DNA of 64,000 nucleotides from positions 158,658,001 to 158,722,000 of the forward strand of contig NW_027362768.1 of the NCBI RefSeq assembly GCF_046119375.1, written 5' to 3'. The DNA comes from Phyllobates terribilis. Its lineage: Eukaryota. Under the pieces are notes generated by a model. It saw only the letters and a list, made by a program, of their open reading frames with translations, made no database searches and was not told the DNA's origin. A program made the position numbers and the translations under genes. Below are positions 1-14,400 of the stretch, one piece after another (positions within the stretch are counted from its first letter, which is position 1; each line of letters starts with the position of its first letter).

Positions 1-1205
1 CCTCTATATATACTCACCACATAGTGATCACTAGTCCGGTTTAGCACCTCTATATATACTCACCACATAGTGATCACTAGTCCGGTTTAGCTCCTCTATA
101 TATACTGACCACATAGTGATCACTAGTCCGGTTTAGCTCCTCTATATATACTGACCACATAGTGATCACTAGTCCGGTTTAGCTCCTCTATATATACTGA
201 CCACATAGTGATCACTAGTCCGGTTTAGCACCTCTATATATACTGACCACATAGTGATCACTAGTCCGGTTTAGCTCCTCTATATATACTGACCACATAG
301 TGATCACTAGTATGGTTTAGCTCCTCTATATATACTCACCACATAGTGATCACCAGTAATCTGGTTTGGCTCCTTTATATATACTGACCACATAGTGATC
401 ACTAGTCCAGTTTAGCTCCTCTATATATACTGACCACATAGTGATCACTAGTCCAGTTTAGCTCCTCTATATATATATATACTGACCATAGTGATCACTA
501 GTCCAGTTTACCTCCTCTATATATACTGACCACATAGTGATCACTAGTCCAGTTTAGCTCCTCTATATATACTGACCACATAGTGATCACTAGTCCAGTT
601 TAGCTCCTCTATATATACTGACCACATAGTGATCACTAGTCCGGTTTAGCTCCTCTCTATATATATATACTGACCATAGTGATCACTAGTCCGGTTTAGC
701 TCCTCTATATATATACTGACCATAGTGATCACTAGTCCGGTTTAGCACCTCTATATATCCTGACCACATAGTGATAACTAGTATGGTTTAGCTCCTCTAT
801 ATATACTGACCACATAGTGATCACTAGTCCAGTTTAGCTCCTCTATATATACTGACCACATAGTGATCACTAGTCCAGTTTAGCTCCTCTATATATACTG
901 ACCACATAGTGATCACTAGTCCGGTTTAGCTCCTCTATATACTGACCATAGTGATCACTAGTCCAGTTTAGCTCCTCTATATATACTGACCACATAGTGA
1001 TCACTAGTCCAGTTTAGCTCCTCTATATATACTGACCACATAGTGATCACTAGTCCAGTTTAGCTCCTCTATATATACTGACCACATAGTGATCACTAGT
1101 CCGGTTTAGCTCCTCTATATATATACTGACCATAGTGATCACTAGTCCGGTTTAGCTCCTCTATATATACTGACCATAGTGATCACTAGTCCGGTTTAGC
1201 ACCTC
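1..1205. repeat. 46-bp tandem minisatellite (about 26 copies visible, runs off the window start), intronic in TESK2
   Basis: Unit CCTCTATATATACTGACCACATAGTGATCACTAGTCCGGTTTAGCT repeats with period 46 (1, 47, ...); TA-run length varies; each unit contains the 12-bp palindrome TAGTGATCACTA. Confidence 0.95.
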
Positions 1206-1749
1206 TCAAAAATGTCTACATCTAGTCACTAGTAGTCTAGAACATCTCCGATTACTGACTTGCGCTCGGATACAGAACCTTTCGCTATCTGAGCAGCGAT
1301 CTTGTACAGAATCTTTTTCATCTTTGACCAGAAGGTCGGACAATTTTTTGATTTCTCACCAGAGCTGCAGTAAGATCTAGAATAGCGTCTCTCAGACTCC
1401 CACTGACATCTAGCTCTGGGACATGGGCTTCATGCTGTGCAGCCGGCCATACACATATAAATGCCGGTGTCCTGCCATCCATCCTAGGCAGTGGTGATCA
1501 TGGAGGGCACGGTCTGCTGCATTGTGGAAGATGTAGCGTTCACACCAAGCACGCTACACTACACAAATCCATGCAAAAAAAAGAAATAAATTCTAGCACC
1601 TGCACAATGCATTATCATGGATCTCCAGCTGAGATTCTAGGAGGGCAATCGGCTTACACAATAGTAAAGGATTTCATGTTGCAGCAGCCCCATGGATGCG
1701 GCATGATGGTGACTAGAGGAGCAATCAGCGCAGGCCCTGACTGACTCAC

Positions 1750-1871
1750 CTCAGTATATTGGGGTGTGACAGGCGGTTCATCAGCTGCACCTCCTTCAGC
1801 ATGTTGGCTCGGTTACTGCTCAGTTTGTTCATCTTCAGCGCCATAACTTGGTCAGACGTCCGGTGACGAAC
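1750..1871 (-). CDS. TESK2: TESK2 second coding exon (kinase subdomains II-IV)
   Basis: Reverse strand reads ttttgcag|[40 protein letters not shown](R)|gtgagt; 122 nt, joins in frame to the 8065-8277 exon; near-identical to the remembered TESK2 sequence [15 protein letters not shown]. Confidence 0.95.
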
Positions 1872-2080
1872 CTGCAAAATAAAAACCAAAAGGCAAATGA
1901 GAAGGAGGCAGCTTATAACAGAAGTAAGCTAAGCTTCCCCAACCAGCCCTTTAAATATGTAGACATTTTACATAGGAGAGGTATAGCCTGATAAAAAAAA
2001 GGTTAGGGATCCCATCAAAAATAAAAGTCACCTTGTCTTGGCTGGCAGGCACACACAAATTTGTGTGAGAAGTACCTTAA

Positions 2081-2532
2081 GGCTATGTTCACACATTTCG
2101 TTTTTGCTGCAGCAAAATCTGATCTCTTGCCAGGAGGTTTGATCAGGATTTTTCTTGCTTTTTTGCTTGTTTTGTTGGAGCGTTTTTTTTCACTGTCCTT
2201 TTCTCTCTTTATGCATGTACATAAAGTTCAGTGAAAAAAAAAAACTCATTCTGGTTTTGGCACAAAAACACTGAAAAACCTGACACCTGCGTTTTTGGTG
2301 CATTTTTTTAACCACCCATTACTTCCAATGGGTGAAAAAAAATGAAAGAATTGACATGCTCTATTGTGCAAAAAAAAAAACATGCAAAGCACAAAATCCT
2401 GATTAAGAAAAAAAACAAGCTGTGTGCATGAGATTTCTGGAATCTCATAGACTTTGCTGGTATTATAAAACGCAGCAGAAAATTTTATATTAAAAAAAAA
2501 ACGCAGCAAAAATGAAATGTGTGAACACAGCC
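2081..2532. mobile_element. Harbinger/Tourist-like MITE
   Basis: TIRs GGCTATGTTCACAC / GTGTGAACACAGCC, flanked by TAA on both sides; no coding capacity. Confidence 0.75.
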
Positions 2533-2566
2533 TAAAGGGGTGTCGACTACTTGAGCAAGCTCTTAA

Positions 2567-2858
2567 AGGGAACCTATCACCAGGTTTTTCCCATACAAGG
2601 TAAGACCAGTACCTTTCAGCCCTGATATACAGCATTCTAATATACTGTATATATGCCCCCAATCCGGCCTGCAAGACAAGAAAAAGAGCTTTTATTATAC
2701 TTGCCCTCATCCGGTCCGATGGGCATCTCAGGTCTTGATCTATTGCCTCCTTTCTTGTTGTGATACCGTCATATATACAGTATATTAGAATGCTGTATAT
2801 CAGGGCTTACAGGTACTCGCCCTACCTCATATGGGAAAAACCTGGTGACAGGTTCCCT
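2567..2858. mobile_element. TTAA-targeting T2/Kolobok-type MITE
   Basis: TTAA|AGGGAACCTATCACCAGG ... CCTGGTGACAGGTTCCCT|TTAA, with imperfect inverted arms of about 90 bp. Confidence 0.8.
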
Positions 2859-4650
2859 TTAAATGCTGTACTCCCTCCCCAATGTAATATAAAGACAACA
2901 AAACACTCGCCTTCTGCACGGGCGCCGTTCCAGTAATGTCAGCGCCTTACGGGATATTGTTATGCAACATGAGCACTGCAGTCAATCGGCGGCCTGTAAT
3001 GGGCTGCAGTTCTCACACTTCCCTCATAGATCAGTTCTGTGTAAGGGAAGTGTGAGAGAAGCAGCCGTTGATTGTTACAGTGTTTGTGTGAGCGTTGCAA
3101 ACAGTCACGTGAGTGTCGGGAAATCCAGCACCAACATCACTGAAACAGTAACAGTGTGGGAGGCGAGTATCCGCTATTTTTATTTTGCATTGGGGAGAAC
3201 AGTATTTATGAAGTGGACAACCTCAATCATGTCGTAAGTATATTCTGTACGATGCAGTTTACATTTCACATATTCAATGCTTGTACATATCCGGATGCAC
3301 TGGGTTTTGCTCTCCGTAGAGAGAAGAACGACCCGCACGATATTTATGTGACCTCTGCTGTCACTTTAAGAGAGATTGGATTTGGCTTTTCTCGCACAGG
3401 AACGTTACATGGATTATGAAACATTAATGCGTTTTGCTCCGAGTCCTCATGCTGTGATCTCAGGGCCGTTCATGCCTTTTAAGGATTTCATCTGCCCCAA
3501 AATCCTAAAGAAAACTGGAGGAGGAATCACTGCAAAAAACCCAAACTACAACCTCATCAATGAAAGAACACAAACTGCACCTGTAACCAACCAAACGTTT
3601 ACACCCCGTACGCTGAGGATTGTACGGATGCTTTGTAAATGCGGTTGAGTCTGTAATAAATGATACCGCCATCTCTTGTGGAATCCATCCATGGGATATT
3701 TTTCATATACCTTATATGCTAAAGATTAGGATATTGTCCTCTTATACCTTAAGGATTAATCAACACTGTTCTTACTTTTGTGGCACAAAAAATGTGTGTA
3801 ACTGGAGTGGAGATGATGTAATGCAAGACAAGTAATTAAAATGTATGGAGAAAAAAAAAGCATTAAAATTGCACGAAAAGGCAGAAAAAAAAAAAAAAAA
3901 AAAAAAAACACACCCCAAACAGCCTCATCAACGAGATCAGTGATGTGGGGTTCTGCTGTCAAATCAAAATATGACTGATCTGAGATTTACGCAGCTTTTT
4001 CCATTTTTATTACAACTCTAACTTCAAACTTTTGACCTCCGCCCCAGACATAAGTCCTTACATGTAAGGAGAACATTGTGTATGACACCCAGTTACTCCA
4101 CCTGAATCTCTGATATCACGGCCCAACACACTCAGAGATCAGATGATGGATGGGCCTGCGGGACAGGAAGCCACTGTGCAGATGGGAGGCCAGCCATGTA
4201 CAAACAGGAGCCTCCCGTCATTAATATATATAAATTAGATATTATACCATCACATGTGACATAATGGAAAATAGCAGTCAAATGTATGCAAGTAATACAC
4301 CCCGATGATTAGCGGATGGAGGCTCCTTGTCTGCTCAGGGCCCGTGCTCTGTGCCCCTGCTTACATTGGAGCAGCTCGTGGCTCCTCTGGCTGATCCGTG
4401 TCAGGCTCCTTTCACTTACGTTGTTTCGCTCTGCGAGCATCATGTGACCACTTTACAATGCAAGTTCCCTCGGCAGGACTCCTTCCCTCTGCACCTCGTA
4501 ATTGATTTATTAGGTGTCTATAGTATAGGATTACTAAGTGTTCTCCATGGGGAGGACAGAGCTCAGGCTCTGTATACAGGATGCCATAATGCAGGGGCCC
4601 CGTGCAGCAGGTCATTATACAGCAGGGGCCTTGTTCTCAATGATACAATA

Positions 4651-4902
4651 CAGGGGTCCCGTTCTCCTGGATGACATAACGCCAGGGGTCCCGTTCTCCT
4701 GGATGACATAACGCCAGGGGTCCCGTTCTCCTGGATGACATAACGCCAGGGGTCCCGTTCTCCTGGATGACATAACGCCAGGGGTCCCGTTCTCCTGGAT
4801 GACATAACGCCAGGGGTCCCGTTCTCCTGGATGACATAATGCCAGGGGTCCCGTTCTCCTGGATGACATAATGCCAGGGGTCCCGTTCTCCTGGATGACA
4901 TA
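4651..4902. repeat. 32-bp minisatellite (about 8 copies)
   Basis: Unit CAGGGGTCCCGTTCTCCTGGATGACATAACGC at 4651, 4683, 4715 ...; degenerate copies precede it. Confidence 0.9.
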
Positions 4903-7659
4903 CCGGTCCCTTTCTAAATATGGGATGTTATAACGCTGATCTCTGGAGGGGGGGGGGGGGTCACTAATCTTTGCTTTTTATACTTTTACTTAACGACGAG
5001 ACCATTCATATTATTTTTCCAATGATCTCAACACTAAGCAAAACACACACTTTATATCTAATTAGATTTCTCTAATGGGAAGTCCACCGTCTGCCGGAGA
5101 ATTGCAGCGCTCGTCCTGGCAAATAAAAAGTGTAAAATACTCTGAACATCTGTATATTACACAACCAGTCCCAGACAGAAGTTGCGTGACTAACCAATCA
5201 CCTGCTGACATGCCATACCATCTGAGAGACAACATGGCTGCCAGTGACTACCATGTATACAGTCTATCCCCAGTGGAGGGTACAAGTTGCCTATAGCAAC
5301 CAATCAGCTTTCATTCCTCCAGAACATATCGGCAAAAGAAAGCAGGGTTTTGATTGGTTGCTATGAGAGAAATAAAACGCAGTGGTTGATGTGGTCTCCT
5401 GCACTTGAAAACTATGATTGAATTTTACAAGCTTTATTGACAACGAAAAAGACAACCGCTAATCCCCCCTAAACCCACTAACTGATGAAAACTATTAACT
5501 CCCAATTGTATGTGTTGATAATGCACACTACATGCAGGTCACCCTGGGACTTGTAGTCCTACAACAGCTGTGGGTTCCCCTCCAGTTCACTGAGCATTTA
5601 ATCCGGTCATGTAAAGTCGCTGAGCTCCTATCACGCAGACATCATGGAACCTGCCCTGACAGGAGAGGTAATTACACGTCGCAGCCCTGCACGCAAATCA
5701 CAGATGCTAGCCGCGCGGTAACTGAAGACAGCCCGTAATAATAAACCTCCGCTACGGCTCAAAATAAAGATCAAAGAGGAGACGAGCGGCTGAGAATCCC
5801 ACATCCCACTGGATCCAGACAGCGGAACAAAGATGAAACCCGGAGGAGACGTCAGACAGGACCGGCTGACGTCTGACATATACTGGGCCTCATTTATACT
5901 TTGCTGCCCTGAGCAACCAATCACTGCTCAGCTTTCATCTCATAACCAGCTCTGGAAAAATGAAAGCTGCGTTGTGATTGGTTACTATGGGCATCAAAGG
6001 CAGTTGTACTGTTTAAGCTCCCCAAGAAGTGTCCAAAATGGCCACCGTCACATATTTCAGGCAGCAACCCATCTCCTTCAATAGAGCTATGCGAGGACTT
6101 GTTACCTTCAAGGCAAGCCGTCATTAGTATAGGTACCATTTTTGGGTACATATGCAGCTTTATTTTGTTTTTTTTATTGCTAAACGGAGACGAAAAAAAT
6201 GAATTTCTGTGCTTCAACATTTTTTTTGCTTTACGGAGCTTATTGTGCAGGTTAAACAATTGTATTATTAAGTACCGTAATATAATTAATAATATATAAT
6301 ATATATTATTAATAATAATAATAATAATAATATGTGGTAATACCAAATATGTTTATTTTTCACATTTCTAAATACATTTTTAGTTTGTTAATATTATTAA
6401 AATGTTCATTTTTTTATTTTATATTTTATTTGATCGCTTGTTCTACATATTCTAGTATTCCAGCATATATTTATATTGACCAAGATAGCAGTATCGGGGG
6501 TCTTCAGTAGGTCCCAAACTGCCATGACATTCATCCTGCAATTGCATCGAGAGGGGGCTGAGCCTGTGCGCAATGGCATCCAAGCCATTAAAACGCTGCC
6601 GTCAGTGATTGACAGCAGCATTTAAATAAACAGCAGCAATTAAAACTCGCTTCTATCGTTGCTATTATGTTACAGGCAATGTGATGCAATGACATAAATA
6701 AGTGAGATGCATTGAACATGAACCAATTATGCAAATTTTTATTAAATTCAGTGAAACTGGTGCCATTTACAGCAACCTATAAATTCACGGATTTCGATAA
6801 ATCGCTGTCATCCAACGAGTGTCGTCCTCAAAACCTGGAGTTAAGCTTTGGCCGGCGAAACAGGGAAAGAAATGAGGCATCGCAGGTGATAATATAAAAG
6901 GATCTGCCGTCAATTACCATGACAACTGTGGCTGTGAGACTACATTAATCATCATATAGATGTATCTATAAGTATATATAGCTCAGCATCTTCCTACACA
7001 GGCTGGCAGTGAGGGAGCAATATGCTGCAGGTTTGCAGCGCTCAGATGCATCTCTGCAAAAAAACACAAGAATCCTGAGATGGTCATGTCTAACTATATT
7101 GTACACTTTGCAGATGCAGGTCCCTTTAAGAGCACACAGTGATGCGGAGACTATTTATACAACGATTAATGCAAACATAGCACTGAACCGCAGAGAATCT
7201 TTCCCAGGATCATAACAAAATTGAAGAAAATGAAAAAAACCTGCTGCAAACAAGACCTGCTGCAAACAGAAAGAGAAACCGACGACAAGTTCCAAAGTTT
7301 TCCCAGAAGTGACGACCGACGTCTGCTCTCTATCGCTGTTCGGAGTGTGGGCCGCGTGCGTTTGGTCACATGACCTTGTTCTCTGGTATTTAGCATGTTA
7401 CAATGTATATCTACATATAAAACCTACGCTTTACTTATCTTGTAACAACCCTGTTACATCATAGGCACAGGTAGCATCTCTGTCGCTCCACCATGCTTTA
7501 TATTACAGCTTTGCTTGTTCACACAAGCTGTTCACACAGGCACAGAAGTCAGTACATGGAGAGATGATAAAAATATAATAAGGACAGAAGATTAAAAAAC
7601 TACAAGCAACTGAACTGAAAAATAGTTCAGGAAACTGTTGGACAGACAAAAGGGAGGAG

Positions 7660-7782
7660 CCCATAGATAAGGGGGAGGGGCAGGCCCCATAGACAAGGGG
7701 CGGGCCCCATAGACAAGGGGCGGGCCCCATAGACAAGGGGCGGGCCCCATAGACAAGGGGCGGGCCCCATAGACAAGGGGCG
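7660..7782. repeat. 20-bp G-rich minisatellite (about 6 copies)
   Basis: Unit GGGGCGGGCCCCATAGACAA repeated head to tail. Confidence 0.9.
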
Positions 7783-8064
7783 GTGCAAGATAGACAGGCA
7801 TCTAATATAGGTGCGAAATATGTTGCCGTTCTAGAAATAAAAATAATAATTATTATTATCGAGTGCAGAGATGACTATAAACAGCAAGTATTAGGGCCAG
7901 AATGGGTTTTCTGCCTCTGGATGTAAACAATATTATTTCCATGTACTGACAGCAAGCAGAGATCTTAAACCTGGTAAGGAAATTATATGAAGCATATCAG
8001 AAGATTAAATGTACTGAATGTTTGCAAACCAAACGTATTAAGGATGACTGCAAACGAAAATTAC

Positions 8065-8277
8065 CTTAAAGACCTCGGAGAAGAAGCCAGATCCGATCTT
8101 CTCGCAGGTGAAGTCATCGAGTCGCGTCAGCCTGGAGAAGGCGCTGATGAGTGCGTTGTAGGACGAGGAGTAGACTCTGCCCAGCTGACCAATCGCGCCT
8201 TCACCTGAGACGGTATCCTCAATACGGTCCAACCGAGGCGGGAATCCGGCGATTGAATTTCGTTTATTCCGATCCAT
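8065..8277 (-). CDS. TESK2: TESK2 first coding exon (N-terminus to the glycine-rich loop), 71 aa
   Basis: [71 protein letters not shown]|gtaatt; matches the TESK2 N-terminus. Likely acceptor tctgtttttttttag just upstream of 8363 gives 86 nt of 5'UTR. Confidence 0.95.
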
Positions 8278-9609
8278 TGCTCCCTGAGTTAAGACTGGAT
8301 GTGAAGAGGAACGATCACATTTTAGGGCGTCCTAGAGCGCGGCCGCACGGCGTTCATGAAGCGCTAAAAAAAACAGAATGGTGTTAACGCAGCAGAAAAG
8401 AGCAAAGGACTGACAGCGACACGGCGGCGACTAATAATCAATGGGACTATAAAAAAAAGGACCAAATAAAAATAACAATGTGTAATGCTTAAACTGCAAA
8501 GTAGCAAACATTATATGCTGTGTTTCATTGTAGATTGAACACAACTGTAACGAACCCTCAGCTGTTTGGGTTATGACCAGTTTTTAACTTCTGTATGTAA
8601 ACAAAAATGTTCCCATTCACTGAAAGCAGGCAGAAATCATCAACATAGTGATAAAATAAAACAAAATCTAATAGAAATTTGCAGAACTTTTTTTTTTAAT
8701 ACAAACTTATTCTACATATACCCAGTGAATGAGGCGTGCAGCTCTGGATGTGACTAGAGTACAATACAGCCTATAACAACCTTATTCTACATATGCCCAG
8801 TGAATAAGGAGCGCAGCTCTGGATGTAACTAGAGTACAATACAGCCTATAAAATTCAAGATCAATAAACGAAAATTCCAGCCTTGAAAGAAGACGCAACC
8901 AGTAAAGCCATTTTCAGTAGCCGGCGGTGAGGGAACGCCGTATGGACGGATGACTGGGAAGGGACCCTGGGATTTTACATAAAAAGCTTTTTCCCAGCTG
9001 CAAAACAGGAAAACAAATCAACTCAGGATGACTTTATGAAGCGCGTCTTATACGAGCAGTGACCTCAGGGGACAAATGATTAGAGAGCCAGCAGCCAGCG
9101 CGCTCACTCCGCCATCCCGTGACCGATGAGCTCCAGCGGCCGCGCACTGATTAACCTTTAGGAAGCAAGGGATTGATTAAAGCTGAAAAACAATTTATGC
9201 ACTGATCAGATATGGCAAGGGCTTTGCCGACAATCCACTGGGCATGCTTAGACTTGTAGTCATACAGGAGGACTGCGAACTGCGCTCCTTAGAGGGACAT
9301 GCCACCAAATCTAGGACAACCCCATTAATTTCTTATAGAACATTTCAGACTCACTTTTAGGAGAGCGCTGTAAGATTCGCCGATGCTGCTAAATCCACGG
9401 TTTGTTGATTAAAGGGGTGGTGTTCTGGGCACCGCAGAAGCCGGTACCATAGGTCACATTACACGACGCAGTGCGATAATCAGTATGAGGGATCATAGGG
9501 CAGGTAGCATTTCATTTACAATGTCTCTGCTGCATGCACCAAGCCGAGGGCACCATCGAGAGGCAGAATACAACCAAGCAGGATGGGGACGGTGTCCAGT
9601 CTGACATCA

Positions 9610-10350
9610 ATAAACCTTATTCCTACTGACGAAGCCAATTTTGCAATTTGCGAAAAAGCCCCATTTTGCAAATCTGACGTGTCACTTTATGTGGCAATAA
9701 CTCTGGAAAGCTTCTACGTAAATCAGCGATTCTGAAATCGTTTTTCATAACTTATTGTAATTTATGTCGACGTGTTTTTTAAAATTTAGGTCGATCGATC
9801 TTGCAAATATTTATGAAAACAACTGAAATTCAATGAAAATGTTGAAAAATTAACAATTTTCACAGTTTGAGTTTTTATACCCTTAAACTAAAGAGTTGCC
9901 AACTCTTCAGGCGATTCACAAGAAAGAAAAATTACATTTTTAATCACTAAAAACTTTTACTTTAGCCCCAAAACTTTTCATTTACATACATGGTAACAGG
10001 AGAAAATGGAGCCCATGATTAGTTATGCAACTTCTAACAAATATAGTGATACCCTAAGGTGGCCATAAAAACTGTTTGGGCGCACAACAGTGCTCGGAAA
10101 GGACGAAAGAGCACGGTTTGATTTTTGTAGTGTAAATTTGGCTTGAATAGATTGTAGATGCCGTGCCGCATGGGCAGAGCCCCCCCCGAGGTGCCAAAAT
10201 AGCAGAAACACTTACAGGTGACCCCATTTTAGAAACTAGACCCCTTAAAAGTAGCTCGAGTATAGAGTGAAAGCCGTCACAAGAACGACTGCGAACCCAC
10301 CTCAGGAAAATGACCACTGGCCTTTTCCTGAAAAAGCTTCACATGGGAAA
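9610..10350. mobile_element. Degenerate non-autonomous DNA-transposon fragment (piggyBac-like internal sequence)
   Basis: Contains GTGACCCCATTTTAGAAACTAGACCCCTT-type motifs recalled from frog piggyBac-derived repeats; no termini identified. Confidence 0.3.
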
Positions 10351-10869
10351 ACTCAGCAGCAGCGCCGGCATCTAAATTACACCGCAATTACATTTCTTTA
10401 TAGCTTTTTTATGATTTGCCTTTTTTTTTTTTTACACCAAAATTATTCTTTTCTTTCTTTTTTTTTTTTTTAACACCTGTCAGCTTTAGGGCACATGCAG
10501 ACGTCCGTGCAAATTGGCCACAGCTCTCCCAACCTGAGCGTGACAGCCTCATGGAAATACATGAAGATGCTATGCTCCGGTCGGGAGAACTGCAGCCTGT
10601 CCGTGCATTGCGGTGCGAGATCGGACCAATTTGAAAGGAAGTCTGAATGAGCGCTTATAGCGTCAGGAGGGCTATAAGCCGCCGCTTTTGGCAGGGCCTA
10701 ACACGCCACCGTATCTGGCAGACTCCAGATTTCCATAGCAAACACCAGCATACTGAGATTGCGCTGCAGGGGTGCCAATAGGGTGAAAGAGCGAGCCACC
10801 TCCCTCAGCTGTGTTTTGCAGGAGCAGTGTTGGTACACAGCACCATACACAACTGTTCTAAGCCAGAAT

Positions 10870-11437
10870 ATGGCAAGAACCACTCAACTAAAGAGAAACC
10901 ACAGTCCATCGTTACTTTATGACATGAAATCAATCCGAAAAATTGCTAGGACCTTGACGGTATCTTCAAGTGTAGTCATGAAAACCATCAATCGCTAAGA
11001 AACTTACTCTCATGATGACTGCCCAAGGAAAGAGAACAAGAATTCTCTGCTGCAGAGGATAAGTTCATCAGAGTTACCAGCCTCAGAATATGCAAACAGA
11101 CAGCCCCTCAGATAAAGACCCTCATAAATGATACACAGACATCAAGTAGCAGACACATCTCAGCATCAGCTGTCCAGAGGAGACTGTGAGGAGATGATCT
11201 TTATGGTCAAATTGTCGAAAAGCTGCAAAGAAGCTGCTACTGAAGACCACAAACAAGAAAAAAACTTGTTTGGACGAAGCAACACAAGGACCGGACATTA
11301 GATCAGTGGAAGTGTGAACTCTGCGCTGATGAGGGAAAATTTGAGATTTTTTGTGCAAACCGCCATGTCTTTGTGAAAAGCAGAAAATGAGAATGGATGG
11401 TTTCTATGTGTGTGGTGCCCACCGAAGCACAGAGGGG
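10870..11437 (+). pseudogene. Old, 3'-truncated Tc1-family transposase relic, related to the elements at 15166 and 52550
   Basis: Frameshifted fragments MARTTQL..., EDKFIRVTSL, WTLDQWK..., FEIF...VVPT.KH align by eye with the N-terminal half of the 53002 transposase; cut off by the 34-bp array. Confidence 0.8.
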
Positions 11438-11444
11438 ACAAGCT

Positions 11445-14400
11445 CTGCTAAAACTGTATACAGGGGCGCACAGAGCGGTATATAACACAGTATACAGGGA
11501 CGCACAGAGTGGTATATAACACTGTATACAGGGACGCACAGAGCGGTATATAACACTGTATACAGGGACACACACAGAGCGGCATATAACACTGTATACA
11601 GGCACGCACAGAGCGGTATATAACACAGTATACAGGGACGCACAGAGCGGTATATAACACTGTATACAGGCACGCACAGAGCGGCATATAACACTGTATA
11701 CAGGCACGCACAGAGCGGCATATAACACTGTATACAGGCACGCACAGAGCGGCATATAACACTGTATACAGGGACACACACAGAGCGGCATATAACACTG
11801 TATACAGGCACGCACAGAGCGGCATATAACACTGTATACAGGCACGCACAGAGCGGCATATAACACTGTATACAGGGACGCACAGAGCGGCATATAACAC
11901 TGTATACAGGGACGCACAGAGCGGCATATAACACTGTATACAGGGACGCACAGAGCGGTATATAACACAGTATACAGGGACGCACAGAGCGGTATATAAC
12001 ACAGTATACAGGGACGCACAGAGCGGTATATAACACAGTATACAGGGACGCACAGAGCGGCATATAACACTGTATACAGGGACACACACAGAGCGGCATA
12101 TAACACTGTATACAGGCACGCACAGAGCGGCATATAACACTGTATACAGGCACGCACAGAGCGGCATATAACACTGTATACAGGCACGCACAGAGCGGCA
12201 TATAACACTGTATACAGGCACGCACAGAGCGGCATATAACACTGTATACAGGCACGCACAGAGCGGCATATAACACTGTATACAGTGACACACACAGAGC
12301 GGCATATAACACTGTATACAGGCACGCACAGAGCGGCATATAACACTGTATACAGGCACGCACAGAGCGGCATATAACACTGTATACAGGCACGCACAGA
12401 GCGGCATATAACACTGTATACAGGCACGCACAGAGCGGCATATAACACTGTATACAGTGACACACACAGAGCGGCATATAACACTGTATACAGGCACGCA
12501 CAGAGCGGCATATAACACTGTATACAGGCACGCACAGAGCGGCATATAACACTGTATACAGGCACGCACAGAGCGGCATATAACACTGTATACAGGCACG
12601 CACAGAGCGGCATATAACACTGTATACAGGCACGCACAGAGCGGCATATAACACTGTATACAGGCACGCACAGAGCGGCATATAACACTGTATACAGGCA
12701 CGCACAGAGCGGCATATAACACTGTATACAGGCACGCACAGAGCGGCATATAACACTGTATACAGGCACGCACAGAGCGGCATATAACACTGTATACAGG
12801 CACGCACAGAGCGGCATATAACACTGTATACAGGCACGCACAGAGCGGCATATAACACTGTATACAGGCACGCACAGAGCGGCATATAACACTGTATACA
12901 GGCACGCACAGAGCGGCATATAACACTGTATACAGGCACGCACAGAGCGGCATATAACACTGTATACAGGCACGCACAGAGCGGCATATAACACTGTATA
13001 CAGGCACGCACAGAGCGGCATATAACACTGTATACAGGCACGCACAGAGCGGCATATAACACTGTATACAGGCACGCACAGAGCGGCATATAACACTGTA
13101 TACAGGCACGCACAGAGCGGCATATAACACTGTATACAGGCACGCACAGAGCGGCATATAACACTGTATACAGGCACGCACAGAGCGGCATATAACACTG
13201 TATACAGGCACGCACAGAGCGGCATATAACACTGTATACAGGCACGCACAGAGCGGCATATAACACTGTATACAGGCACGCACAGAGCGGCATATAACAC
13301 TGTATACAGGCACGCACAGAGCGGCATATAACACTGTATACAGGCACGCACAGAGCGGCATATAACACTGTATACAGGCACGCACAGAGCGGCATATAAC
13401 ACTGTATACAGGCACGCACAGAGCGGCATATAACACTGTATACAGGCACGCACAGAGCGGCATATAACACTGTATACAGGCACGCACAGAGCGGCATATA
13501 ACACTGTATACAGGCACGCACAGAGCGGCATATAACACTGTATACAGGCACGCACAGAGCGGCATATAACACTGTATACAGGCACGCACAGAGCGGCATA
13601 TAACACTGTATACAGGCACGCACAGAGCGGCATATAACACTGTATACAGGCACGCACAGAGCGGCATATAACACTGTATACAGGCACGCACAGAGCGGCA
13701 TATAACACTGTATACAGGCACGCACAGAGCGGCATATAACACTGTATACAGGCACGCACAGAGCGGCATATAACACTGTATACAGGCACGCACAGAGCGG
13801 CATATAACACTGTATACAGGCACGCACAGAGCGGCATATAACACTGTATACAGGCACGCACAGAGCGGCATATAACACTGTATACAGGCACGCACAGAGC
13901 GGCATATAACACTGTATACAGGCACGCACAGAGCGGCATATAACACTGTATACAGGCACGCACAGAGCGGCATATAACACTGTATACAGGCACGCACAGA
14001 GCGGCATATAACACTGTATACAGGCACGCACAGAGCGGCATATAACACTGTATACAGGCACGCACAGAGCGGCATATAACACTGTATACAGGCACGCACA
14101 GAGCGGCATATAACACTGTATACAGGCACGCACAGAGCGGCATATAACACTGTATACAGGCACGCACAGAGCGGCATATAACACTGTATACAGGCACGCA
14201 CAGAGCGGCATATAACACTGTATACAGGCACGCACAGAGCGGCATATAACACTGTATACAGGCACGCACAGAGCGGCATATAACACTGTATACAGGCACG
14301 CACAGAGCGGCATATAACACTGTATACAGGCACGCACAGAGCGGCATATAACACTGTATACAGGCACGCACAGAGCGGCATATAACACTGTATACAGGCA

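Noticed and set aside
2962-3835. Cluster of overlapping short ORFs in unique-looking TESK2 intron sequence
   Set aside because: No recognisable domain and no consistent exon chain; left unannotated.
5543-5558. Isolated GGGACTTGTAGT (ACTACA-type) motif in a TESK2 intron
   Set aside because: Single copy outside a CpG island; such motifs also occur in repeats, so it is not called regulatory.
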